From NCBI GenBank assembly GCA_907165135.1, contig OU015566.1:2914001-2978000 (forward strand): a stretch of DNA of 64,000 nucleotides, read 5' to 3'. Made by a program: the position numbers and the translations under genes. This stretch comes from Oikopleura dioica (lineage: Eukaryota > Animalia > Chordata). Below are positions 46,516-57,834 of this stretch, piece by piece; the stretch's first letter is position 1; the number at the start of each line of letters is the position of its first letter. The notes beneath the pieces were generated by a model. It was not told the origin of the DNA. It saw nothing but the letters and a program-made list of their open reading frames with translations, and did no database searches.

Positions 46516-47250
46516 CGCTTTCTGATAAAAAATGATTATTCGACCTTTTTTCTTCAATATTTTTTAAAAATTATATTTATTTCTTCTCTTGCCTGAAAAT
46601 CTTATTGAATAAAAAAAAATTTGATAATATTATTTCAGTAAAAAAGACTTGAACCAATAAAATTTTTCGATTTTTTGAATTTTTTTTCTGAAATCTTATT
46701 GGTTGAAAATTTGTCCTATTATCAAGAAACCCTTTTTCTACTTTTTTGAAAGAAAATCTGGATTAACTTTGTTTCAAATTGTCTTAATCCCTCAATTTCG
46801 GCCGCAGGCATGGTCAGATGAGCATAATTACGCTGTCTATTTTTCCTTCAACCCCTCCTTGTTTAGCAAACAATGGCGGAATCCGATGAAAAACGCTTAA
46901 AATCGGCTAAAACTAAGTCATAATCTCTTAATCAAAGTCTTCCATTCAAATTGTCCATGTTGCCATGACGAGGTGCTCAATTCTTCAAGTATTTTTCGAA
47001 AACCTTTAAGAGCTTAAACTAAAGCCCGGTGGGCATGGTATTCGTTCAACCAGGTCGAACGTACTAGGCCTGGTTGACATTCCGCGGTGAACGTTTTTTT
47101 TTCTTCAAACTAGACAGTGGATAAAGAAAATATTAAACTTTTATTGGACAGTTTTTCCTGAATTCAGCGGTTTTTTACGAACGCATTGACAGTCTTTCTA
47201 CAGCAGTGACCTAGATTAAAAGAGAACGGAGGTCTTCAAAGAAAAACTCG

Positions 47251-50061
47251 ATGACAAATAAGGTAATTTTTCTCCAAGCTTCAAAATTTATCAATTTTTA
47301 TTTATCATAAAAAAAAGGATTTTAAATCGCAAAATTGCTTTTTTTGAAGAACAAAATTTGGGATGGCGTCTGGAACCGACAAAAAATTTCGACAAATTTT
47401 GCGTCGGCGGCTACTTGGCTACTGATTAGCCATCGAGCCGAATCCTGGCTTCTGATTGGTTGAAAATTTCCACGCAAAATTTGTCGAAATTTTTTTGTTG
47501 GTTCCAGACACTTCCCCCAAAATTTTGATCATTTTTCGTTTTATTTTCGAGAGTCTGTTCTTTTTTCTAACCACTTTTCCCAGGTTGGAGATTCTAGCCA
47601 AGGCGAAGCCTGGGGAAGTCATATCGAGTTCATCCTCTCTTGCATCGGCTACTGCGTCGGCCTTGGAAATGTCTGGCGCTTCCCCTACTTAGCTTATGAA
47701 AACGGAGGAGGGGTATTCTTCATCCCTTATTTTTTGATGCTGTTCCTCGTCGGAATCCCACTCTTCTACACTGAACTTGGCATGGGCCAGTTTAGCGGAG
47801 AAGGAACACTTGGAGTTTGGAAGTGCTTGCCAGCGTGTAAAGGAAATGTTCAAGAAACTTGAATGAAAAACCAACCGGGCGGAAAATAACTTGATTGAAC
47901 CTTTTTTGCTCAACAACGCGTGAAAAAATATTCGATAATTCCGGCTTATCATTGTTTTAAAAACATTGAAAAAGGTCTTGGCTATGGGATGATCCTGGTC
48001 TCTTTCTACGTGATGATCTACTACAACGTCGTGATCGCCTGGTCGATTCACTACCTCTTCTCCGGAATGCAGAAAATCCTCCCCTGGACGAAGTGCAACG
48101 AGTGGTGGAATACTGCAATCACAAAGGTCAGTTTACAACTCCCGTGAAATGCCACTAAAATTTTTAATTCAAGGGGCAATGCGCTATTACCGCCTCTTTG
48201 AGCGAGAATCAAATGAACTGCAAAGCAAACAACACCGACGAATTCGAAACGCTCTTTTGGAAACTAAACGACACTGTTCGTGATGAATGGGCACCGGTGC
48301 TCGTGTCCAATTACTCGCTAAGCGAGGACGAGATTGATCAAGTATTCAATGTTTCCACCAAAATTGCTTCTTCCGAAGAATATTGGTTGTAAGTCTCTTT
48401 TTTCGATAACCATAAAAAAACCGTTTTCCCCGGTTTTTGGGGGGTTTTTCGGGGTTATCGCTCCTTGGAGATTTTTCGGACGCTGATTGGTCGGTTGACC
48501 GGAAACTCGATTTTCATTGGTTAAAATTTTTTTGCTCGATTTCCTGAATTTCAAATCTATTAAACCTTTTTAAGCCGTCGAGTTCTACGAGTTTTCGACA
48601 ATTCAACTGATGCTGGAGAGCAAGTGTATGGTCTTGGAAACAACGGTGCTGTTTTGGGAGATCTGGTCGGATGCAACCTTTTTGCTTGGATCCTTGTCTG
48701 TGCTTGTCTTTGCAAGGTTTGTTGAAAGACTTGGCTCTTCTTGACCTCTTTTGAAGGGTGTTCAATCGGTCGGAAAAGTCGTCTACGTCACTGCTACGTT
48801 TCCCTACTTGGTTTTGCTGATTCTCGTTATTTTCGGAGCGACACTTGAGGGCGCTGGAGAGGGCATCAAATTCTACCTCAAACCGGACATCGAAAAAGTA
48901 GGCGAAATCAACCCTTTTCTCTTAAAAAATCTTGTAAGCTTGCTGATCCGAAAGTCTGGTCAACCGCCGCTTCTCAAATTTTCTTCTCTCTCGGCGTCAG
49001 CTTCGGCGGCTTGATGGTCATGGCTAGTTACAACAAATTCTCAAATAACATTATGCGGGATACTTTTATCGTCGCTCTTGGAAATTGCTTCACTTCGATT
49101 TTCGCCGGCTTCGGGGTTTTTTCTTTCCTCGGGCATATGGCCGTCAAGTAAGACTTTTTTCGAGATTGGATAATATCTTTGCTCTAGAAATTGCATGTCC
49201 GTGGATTCCGTCGTCGAATCTGGCCCTGGTCTTGCCTTCATCGCCTATCCTGAAGCTATGGGTTTGCTTCCAGCATCTCAGCTTTTCTCAGGTTATATTT
49301 GATAACAAAAACCCTTTTAAAGCCAATTCTAGTGCTATTTTTCATCATGTTGATCACCCTCGGCCTGGACTCCCAATTCGCCTTCGTCGACATCCTCATC
49401 GCCGGCGTCCTCGACGAGTTCCCGAAACTCCGGTACGGCTGGAAGCGACTCCTGACCGTCAGTTTCTTTTGCTTCCTCGGTTTTCTCCTTGGCTTTCCGA
49501 TTTTGACCAACGGTGGACTCTACTGGTTCAAATTTGTGGACAACTACAGCGCTTACTATGGCCTGCTTCTCTTGGCTCTTTTCTTGAGCTTGAGTGTCCA
49601 TTTTGGATACAACTTCATGTCCGAGCCATTCAGATTTTTGGAGAATATGAAGGAAATGAATGGTAAGACGGATTTTATTTATCGATTTTACTCATTTTTT
49701 AGGAAATATGAATGTGATCCTGAAGGGGTACTTCTACAGCTGTTGGTACTTGCTCACCCCTGGAATGATCATTTTTATCACTGCCATGGCATTCAGCGGC
49801 TACGGCCCGATTTGGAGTGGGGATGGAAAAGAAGTTTATCCAGAGTGGAGTAATGGTCTTGCGATGACCATGTCGATGAGTCCGATTATTGTCTGCGTTC
49901 CTTACTTTATCATCAGGTATGAGAAAATTTCAAGTCCAATTTCTTACCTATCTCAATTTAGCGTGATAATGACAAAGGGCAAGAGCCTAAAACCGACCGA
50001 TGATTTCAAATCAAAGCAAGAAAAAGAAGGCGGCGCAACAACTCAAGACTCGAAATTCTAG
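47251..50061 (+). CDS. SLC6 Na/Cl-dependent amino-acid transporter (proline/glycine transporter subgroup, SLC6A7-like)
   Basis: [75 protein letters not shown]. The start may lie further upstream. Confidence 0.9.
47353..47526. mobile_element. Foldback/MITE in an SLC6 intron
   Basis: GTCTGGAACCGACAAAAAATTTCGACAAATTTTGCGT is inverted at about 47472-47509; arms extend to roughly 50 bp. Confidence 0.75.
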
Positions 50062-50211
50062 CTCCGCCATTCAAAAGAACGCCTTCTAGAATATTTCTAT
50101 TAATTTCTCCACTTTTGCAAGTTCCGAAACGCCACTAATCCTTCTAACAAAAATGTGCTAACAATTATCTTCTCGGTTTATTAAAATAAACTTGATTAAA
50201 AAAACGTCAAT

Positions 50212-51993
50212 TCAAAATTCTAGCGCTTCGTTTTCGACAGCGCCTTTTTCCGAAAATTCTTCATCTTCGTATTTTTCGCTTGAAGTCATTGCATTTTGCC
50301 TATTCAAGGTTTCTTTTGTCAGTCCGGATAAAATCGTTCCTAGAAAAGCTCGAGCATTTCAAGTTCTTATAATTATACCGAAGAAAAGAAGACCAATGAT
50401 GATTAAATTGGAGATAAGCACTGCGTCCTTGTTGATTTCAGCTGTCAAAATCGCTTAAATCGTTCAATTTTCAACCAAAAAATAGAATGCTTCTGGACCA
50501 ATGGTCCTATGCAAAAGCCTTAACCCTGAGTAAAGATTGAACATTTTCTTGGCAACCGATTGTAAGCCCCATTGAAAAAATCCCGATGAAGAAATTCAGC
50601 ATTCCAGAGCTGGTGCACTCATCGATCGGATATGTCAGCTCAGCTGCATATTCAAATCCGATCGGAAGATATCCGGTCATGAAGAATCCCAGTATCGAAA
50701 TGAGAATATAGTCAGTTGGAATACTATTCAATTGTTTTTCGAAAATTTCACAAAAGAAAAATTCAGTTGAAAAAGCACAATTTCTTGAAAGATCTAAAAT
50801 TCCCGCAAAAGCAGCAAATGTTCCCAAAACGCCAATATAAGTAATCATCGTCACCAATTTAAACTTTTTCGACGCATCGAGCGCCAGTCCTCCCAAAATC
50901 GACCCGACCAATCCGGCCACGATGAAGCAAAGCCCCATCCAGCCAAACAGCGTGTCCTTCTCGCTAGTCGATAGACTCGAGTCTTCAAAACTCGGCCCGA
51001 GCAGCTGCGGCAAAAGGGTTGAAATCGCGTAGTACGAGCCGCCATTAATGCCGTATGAGATCATCAGAAAAATGTAAGAACGATTTTTGAGCAGATCACT
51101 GAGGGCTTTTTTGTAGACTTTGAGGGCATCCTTTGATCCGTGGTTTTTTGTGATATTTTCTGCTCGACGAAGAGCCTCAGCTTCAGATGGTGGTCGATCT
51201 GGCTCGTTTCGGAAGAAGACAAGGATGGAGAGAAAACTTATCGCGCAAAGCCCAGTTCCAACAACAAACATCAACAAAATCTGCTTCCCAACATCTTCCA
51301 CCGTCTTCTCCGCCGCGTCCGAATATTTGGTCGTGTTCGACCAATCTTCAGGTACGACCCCATTCGGCCAGTATTCTTCTGGAGGGCCGGGAACAAAAGC
51401 TGGAGGGAGAACGAAACCAACAGCGACCCCAAGTTGATTTCCGAAGACACCGATGGAAGTTGCGGTTGAAACCTGGTTTTGGGGAAACCAGACGGAGGCG
51501 ATTCGAGCGGGAACTTCAAGGAGAAATGGCATTGTGCAGGCGACGATGAATTGGCCAGTGACTGAATGAAGGAATAGGTCTTGCCCCGAAAAAGAACTCA
51601 TAACTTACAGGAAAGCCACCATAAATCGGGCTGAACAGCGCAGCATTTGATCACATTTCCGAGCAAATTGATAAAAGAGCCGACGAGCACAAATCTTCGA
51701 AGAGTCGTTGTTTCAAGAAAGAGCAAACAAGGAACCATAAACAAGACCATGTTGGAGCTGAAAGAAAGTGCCGTCCAAGATATAAACATTTCAGAGGTCT
51801 GGTAGTATTCGATGAAAATATGAGGAATAATCGTGTACTTTTTAAATATTTCAAAAAAATATTTTTTGTGTAAAAAAATTCTTTGAAATTTTGAGAAATT
51901 TTCCTGAATCCAAGCTACCGCATTTGTAAAGCTGAAAAAGGCAAAAACAAGGAGGACAAGCCATCTTCTCGGAGTCACGGAAATCTCTGTCAT
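50212..51993 (-). CDS. FLVCR-like (SLC49) MFS transporter
   Basis: RRWLVL, NAVAWIQY, PARIASVWFPQNQVSTATSIGVFGNQLGVAVGF, PPSEAEA, GFFMTGYLPIGFEYAAELTYP. Confidence 0.92.
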
Positions 51994-52836
51994 TTTGAAA
52001 ATGCGGTCAAAGAATCAAGAAGTGCAAATAGAGGGCCGATTATATTTTGTCTCTGTATATTTGCCGGATTACTTTCGATCTTGCAAATTTGGCTTTGGAT
52101 TAAGCTGCTGAGATTTTTGCTGACGGAAGAGTGACCTATTTTATCCGTTTCCTTTTTTTGTTATTTTTAAGCTCAATTAGGCAAACAATTAAAAAAGAGT
52201 TTTATAATCGCTTTTTTGCTGATCATCGGAATTTTAAATTGATGACAAATTTTTGGCTTCCAAGCAAATTTGGGTTAAGAAACCCCGTATCAGAAATCGT
52301 GAAAATGAGGCTCTGAAATTAAAGTTTTTTTCAAAAACTATCATAGGTAGACCATTTATTTCAATTGCTTCCTTTAAATCCAACCCTCGACTGCAACCGT
52401 TCCCCTTATGATTATCTCTCGAGCTCAAACTTAAGGTTATACAGGCCGTTAAAGGTAAGGTTGCTAAGTGAAGGTCTTTTTGGTCTAATTGAGGTATACG
52501 GTATACCCTTAATTTTTTTTTAACGGGGGAGGTATCGTTTTCTTATTTATTTTGCTCAACATTTTTTTTAGTTGTTAGCAATTTGTTTTGTCCTAAAAAT
52601 AGACGGTGAATTATGATTCATAATTTATGAAGCAAGCATCTCCCTCTAGCAAATTGTTTATAGTCATATCACCAAGAAAAAAATTCTGTTGGCGGTGGTG
52701 CACCAAAAACGTGCGCCCCGGCACCACCACCAATTACAAACGAGGCGTTTTTTTCCACTAAGACTCGATCTCGCTAAAAATAATCAACTGGGAATCAAAA
52801 ATAAGAGAAAATTTGAAAAATGCGCGGAGAGAAAAA

Positions 52837-54355
52837 ATGATATTTCATCGAATCAAGCGGGATTGCTCGACGGTTTTGCTCTTTATTTTTGCCCTGTTTT
52901 TGGTTTCTTATGAACGGGTTAAATTCGATTTAGCAATTTTGAGTCGTTTACGTTTATGTTATCAGGGCTTACACTTGTTTTTCAAGAAAGAGCCTGGCGA
53001 GAACCTTCTTTTTCAATGAATTTTGAACCCGCAAAAACAGTTCGACGAGAGAAAAGTCCGCCACCACCGATCAGCTGATGAAGATTTTGACCCTTCAGAT
53101 CTTGAAAAATTCTTCGAAAAGCAGAAGAAGCACGAAGCACATGAAAATGTCCACGTGAGACATCTAGAACCCTTGGTCCCAAAAAGAAATTTCCAGATTT
53201 CATCATCACAGGTAAAGCAACTTTCGATTCCCTAATTCTCACCCCTCAGGTGTTCAAAAATGCGGAACAACAGGCCTCCAAAAGTTCCTCCAGGGCAATC
53301 CGTTTCTTCTTTCCGCCCCGGGCGAAGCGCACTTTTTCGACAGCGATGAAAATTATGCCCGAGGCGCGGATTTTTATCTGTCGATGATGCCCAAGGCGAA
53401 TGAATTCCATCACGTGTTTGAGAAGACTCCGAGTTATTTGACGCTGAAGAAGGTGCCCGGAAGAATAGCGCAGTTTAAAAAAGATATTAAAATTATAGGA
53501 AAGGTTGAGATCTTAAAAATAAAAGCCTTCCCGCTTTCCGAAAACGGATACTTTTTCTTCGACCCAAAAAAGCCATCCTCTGCGATCCTGTAAAACGCGC
53601 CCTGAGCCACTTCCTCCACGTCCACGCCAATAAGATCAAGATTACAAAGAATGCAGAACGCAAAGAAGTGCATTTCGACCCAGACGTCACCCTAATTGAC
53701 GTTTTAGGTAGGCCGCCGCTTGTGCCCGCAATCAAAAAATTAATGCTCACAGGTGACATTTTCAGCAAGAAATCAATCGATTATTTGAAGTCGGATAAGT
53801 TCAACCCGCCAAAACATAAAGCAGCTAGGGCGGAGTTTTGGAAGTAAGTCACGAATTTTTTTTTTTTGAATTTTTTCATTGATAATGTCAAAATTTTTAG
53901 GTTTTTGGAAAAGCACGAAGACCGAAAACCGCACAACTTCGTGACCCGCGGCGCTTATGCGTTCCACATAAATATTTGGAAGGAATATTTCCGCGACGAT
54001 CAGATGCTCTTTATCAGCGGTTCGGACTTGGCCGCGAAGCCAGCGCAAGTCGTCATGAAAATTCAGGACTTTCTCGGAGCGCCGAAGATTTTGAATGAAA
54101 ATCATTTTGTTTTCAACAAGGTAAAACGCCTTTTACGGCCGCTTTTCAAGCTTTTTTTTAATTAAGACATCCGGGTTTTACTGCCTCCAAAGTCCAGGAA
54201 AACACAAGCCGGATTGCGTTGGCGCCCATAGTGGCGGAAAAGGGCGTTCGAAGACAGCTTCTTTGTCGGAAAGCACCACCTATCTTCTCAAACGCGTCTT
54301 TGGCCTCGTCAAATACGATCTTGACCAGGCGCTGAATACGACTGTCAAATTCTAG
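52837..54355 (+). CDS. Heparan-sulfate 3-O-sulfotransferase-like sulfotransferase (copy 2)
   Basis: FPDFIITGVQKCGT, EAHFFD, FEKTPSY, ILCDPVKRALSHF, GFYC, KGRS. Confidence 0.88.
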
Positions 54356-54458
54356 CTTTTCTTCAATATTTCTTTTTGTTAATAAATATTATTTATAAAC
54401 TGATACGAGAAATTTATTGAATTGAAGAATATATATTTCGCAGCAGGAGCAATGATGT

Positions 54459-56134
54459 TTAAGCAGTTTCTCTTACAAACTTGAACTTGTGCCCGAAAAC
54501 TTCCGTCAAATCGTCTTCTACTGATTTGAAGATTTTCGACAGGACTTGTTTCGTTTGAGGCGTGAATTCGGCGTTGATGCGTTTTTGGGAATCATTGACG
54601 GGGTCGGAAATTGCGCAGTTTGGCACGTGATCTGATGATTTTCCATGAAGGCAATACCAACCTGAAGACAAGGGTTGAATAGAAGGGTTGAAATGAGTGA
54701 GGTTTTGAATTTTACCAGAAGTCTCGTTTTTGACGAAGGAAGAAATGTTGATCAGCTGGTCTACATCTGCGAATTCTTGGACCTTATTCAAGACTTTCCA
54801 CGGCTCTTTTCTGAGGTCGTTTTCGTTCAGGATCAAGATTTGGTCCCGTGGAAAGTACTTTTCATCGAGTTATTATGGTTTTCTCAAAATACAGTCCAAT
54901 GAAGAATAATTCAAATGAAACTTGATTATCAATTTGAATTTAAATTTTTTCAAGATGGTCAAATTTTGTTGGAAAAATTATGGTTTCAAGCTTCGATCAA
55001 TTTCACAAAAAGAAAACTCGTTTCCTTGAACCAATGTCGAATGTGATATCCGTATGCGCCGCGAGTCAAGAAATTCGCCGGTTTTCGATCTGAATTTTTC
55101 GCGGTTTAGATGACATTTTGTAAATTGCGGATTTGCGCCGTACCCGCGCCTACCTCCGTTTTGGTGCAAGTATTGATGCAGCAGATCGCGCACGTCCTCG
55201 GTGTTGAAATCAGGGTCGTTTTGCATCATTTCGACGACGACGGAAGGGAATATTTCTTTGATTGCATCCATGAGGCCTTCTTCGGCGGTGGTGGCGGTGA
55301 AGACGAAATTTCGGGGAAGAAGGTGTTCTTCGCCGTTTTCCATTTTCGTGCTTTCCGCAGGAATAAAAATTTTTCATATTATATTATATTATATTAATAA
55401 TTATATTATATTATATTATATTATATTATATTATATTATATTATATTATATTATATTATATTATATTATATTATATTATATTATATTATATTATATTATA
55501 TTATATTATATTATATATAATTTAAATATTTTAAGTGCAGAAACATTCTTATCCTAGCCTTTCTGCTGAAAAATAGTGCGCAAGAGCTCTAGAAATCGGA
55601 TCGCAAACGAGGATGACGATTTTCATCGACGAGTCGAAATCATACACTCGCCCAGGAACGAGTTTTGAAGAAAAATAGCTGAAAATGATAATTATGGAAA
55701 ATCAAGAAAAATCCAACCTCGGAGTACTCTCGAAAACGCGATGATAAGGGTAGACCTTAGGCATCAGCGACATGTAATATTCTGGACCAGATTTGAAATG
55801 CTCCATGTTATCGAAGTAGTGCGGGTCTTCAATATTTGTGTGAACAAAATAAGGGTTCCCATGAAGATAGTGTTTCAAAACGTTGGTTCCGCATTTTGAA
55901 GCGCCGACGATCAGAAAATCCGGAAATCGACGGTGTTTTTCGTACAATTTGTAGTCCTTTCAAACGTTAAAAATAAGGCGAAAACGAGGCTTTTGTTTAT
56001 TTACGATTATTCATCTTATGAGCATAAAGGGCTATCCAATTTGTCAGCTAGAAACATAGCTGAAAAGAAGAAAAAAACTATTTTTCCGCGCCGGATCGAG
56101 AGGGATTTTCCCCACATGTTATGATCCTAAACAT
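54459..56134 (-). CDS. Heparan-sulfate 3-O-sulfotransferase-like sulfotransferase (copy 3)
   Basis: FPDFLIVGASKCGT, PHYFD, FESTPR, VCDPISRALAHY, GWYC. Start approximate. Confidence 0.82.
55376..55515. repeat. (TTATA)n pentanucleotide microsatellite in a sulfotransferase intron
   Basis: Direct reading: about 140 bp of near-perfect TTATA units. Confidence 0.97.
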
Positions 56135-57155
56135 TTGTCGCCGGCTAGCGCGGCCGCATGAAATAAAAAAATAGGTAACGCGATCCTGTGATTGCTTCGC
56201 TAAAAAATCTTGTCCAAGTTCTCGCGAATGTCCGGGGCGAATATTTTCGCGGCTTTTCTTTCGCTCGATATGTTCTTCGTTGAGAATTTTTATTATATAA
56301 AGGCCTTTGAAAGGGGTTTAAAATTAAGGGTATCGCGGTCTCATTAATTTAGCAATAAAAATTATCGGCTTTTTAGCTTTAAAATCATTAAAGTTCTTAT
56401 TTTAAAGCGTTATTTTACTTAAGACACATTTTTAAATAGTGGAGGGTATACCCTTAGTCGTGCTCTCGAGTTTTTTATTTTTGACATTTAGATGAAGCCT
56501 ATTTTTTCAATGTTTCTATCAAAAAAACCGTCCTTCTTTTGGCACTTGAATCGATATTAACGCAGTGATACCCTTTATTCCAGACCCTTTTTCCTATGAT
56601 AAAAAATATAATCTTCGCAATAGAACTCCTCGCGAGCGGATTTCTCATCGTAAATCTCGGCTTTACTGGAAATTTAAATCTTGTATTCGGACTTTCTCTC
56701 TTCATCCTTATTTTCTATTATCTCTACTGTATTAAAACTTGTTAATGAAAAAGAGGTTGAAATTGGCTAAGCGGTATGGAAGGACGCCGCGCCCAAACGA
56801 TGTTACGAAAAAATTGGTACCCAAAGGGCAAATGCTCACAGAATGGAGAATAACGCTACTATCACGATCGCAATTTAAGGATCAACCGCAGTGAATGATA
56901 AGCGATTCGAATTTGCGGAGGAAATTTTTGTACGAATAAATTTTTTTAAACATGACGATTTTTAGACTCCTGAACGTCAGAGTTCATTCGCGAGTGTTAT
57001 ATAACTCGCTGTGGAAATGCTGAATGTTCACGCATTTATTGGACGAAGAAGAATAATCATGAGGCAATTTATTTTTTGATGAGAAATGCGCAGAACAAAG
57101 CGACCTCAGCAATTATCCTTGTGAGTTCATCCAGTGTTGTTATATAATACCGTAT

Positions 57156-57634
57156 TCAGGGCAGAAGTACGAATAAATAAATTTCGGTCTTACAGAAAAT
57201 CGTCAGCGAAAGACATGATGCAGTCTGTACAGTGTACACCTCGACTTTATCGTTTCCTTGCATTCCAAGAATCAATGGCGTGTCTGTATCCTTTAGTTTT
57301 AAATAGATAAAAATCATAATTATCCAGCTCCAACTAAGGGGCTTCTCTTCGATTTACCTTGATAATTCGATCGTGGAAGCGAAATTCTAGTGTTCCCCTT
57401 GCCACCTTGTGAAATTCTGCAAATGATTGGAACACAATTCCAAGTGGCAATTGCTAAAGAAACGGGTTCATTCATGATTAAAATTCTCAACTTACGATAT
57501 CCACGACAAACGATCTCGGCTCGTCAAACCCTAAATATCCAAGAAAAATCTTATTGTTTTTCTCTAACTGTCGAAAAAAATTTTTGATAAGAGGTTTTTT
57601 GTAGAAAAATTTCCTGTAAAAACCTGCCGGACAT
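57156..57634 (-). CDS. Divergent SUMO-like (ubiquitin-fold) protein lacking the di-glycine motif
   Basis: Exons 57634-57614, 57567-57496, 57453-57358, 57290-57156: MSGRFLQ|LEKNNKIFLGYLGFDEPRSFVVDI|QLPLGIVFQSFAEFHKVARGTLEFRFHDRIIK|DTDTPLILGMQGNDKVEVYTVQTASCLSLTIF... matches the SUMO pattern RF.F.G.RI..TDTP..LGM...D.IEVY..QT. Confidence 0.7.
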
Positions 57635-57834
57635 TTCAGAAATCGTCTAATAAAAGTAAACAAGGGAAAAATTTATGTTCGAGAAAGAAATTTTACGCTG
57701 GAGGAAGCACTGATCCGTAAATCGTTAGTCGTCATATCGATTTATATGAACATTTTTATCGTTCTTTTTATTAACAAATTTCATTTTCTTCAACAGAAAG
57801 TTTTCTATCTACAGTGATTCTACACAAATTTCTT

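Noticed and set aside
20296-51993. Choline module formed by the choline-kinase-like gene and the FLVCR-like transporter
   Set aside because: They are about 30 kb and many unrelated genes apart; the proximity is probably chance.
55201-55557. ORF with a YYIIL repeat
   Set aside because: It is the translation of the (TTATA)n microsatellite, antisense to a sulfotransferase intron.
56745-57150. Short plus-strand reading frames (MKKRLKLAKRYG... and EFIRECYITRCG...)
   Set aside because: I could not build a consistent spliced model or recognise a domain.
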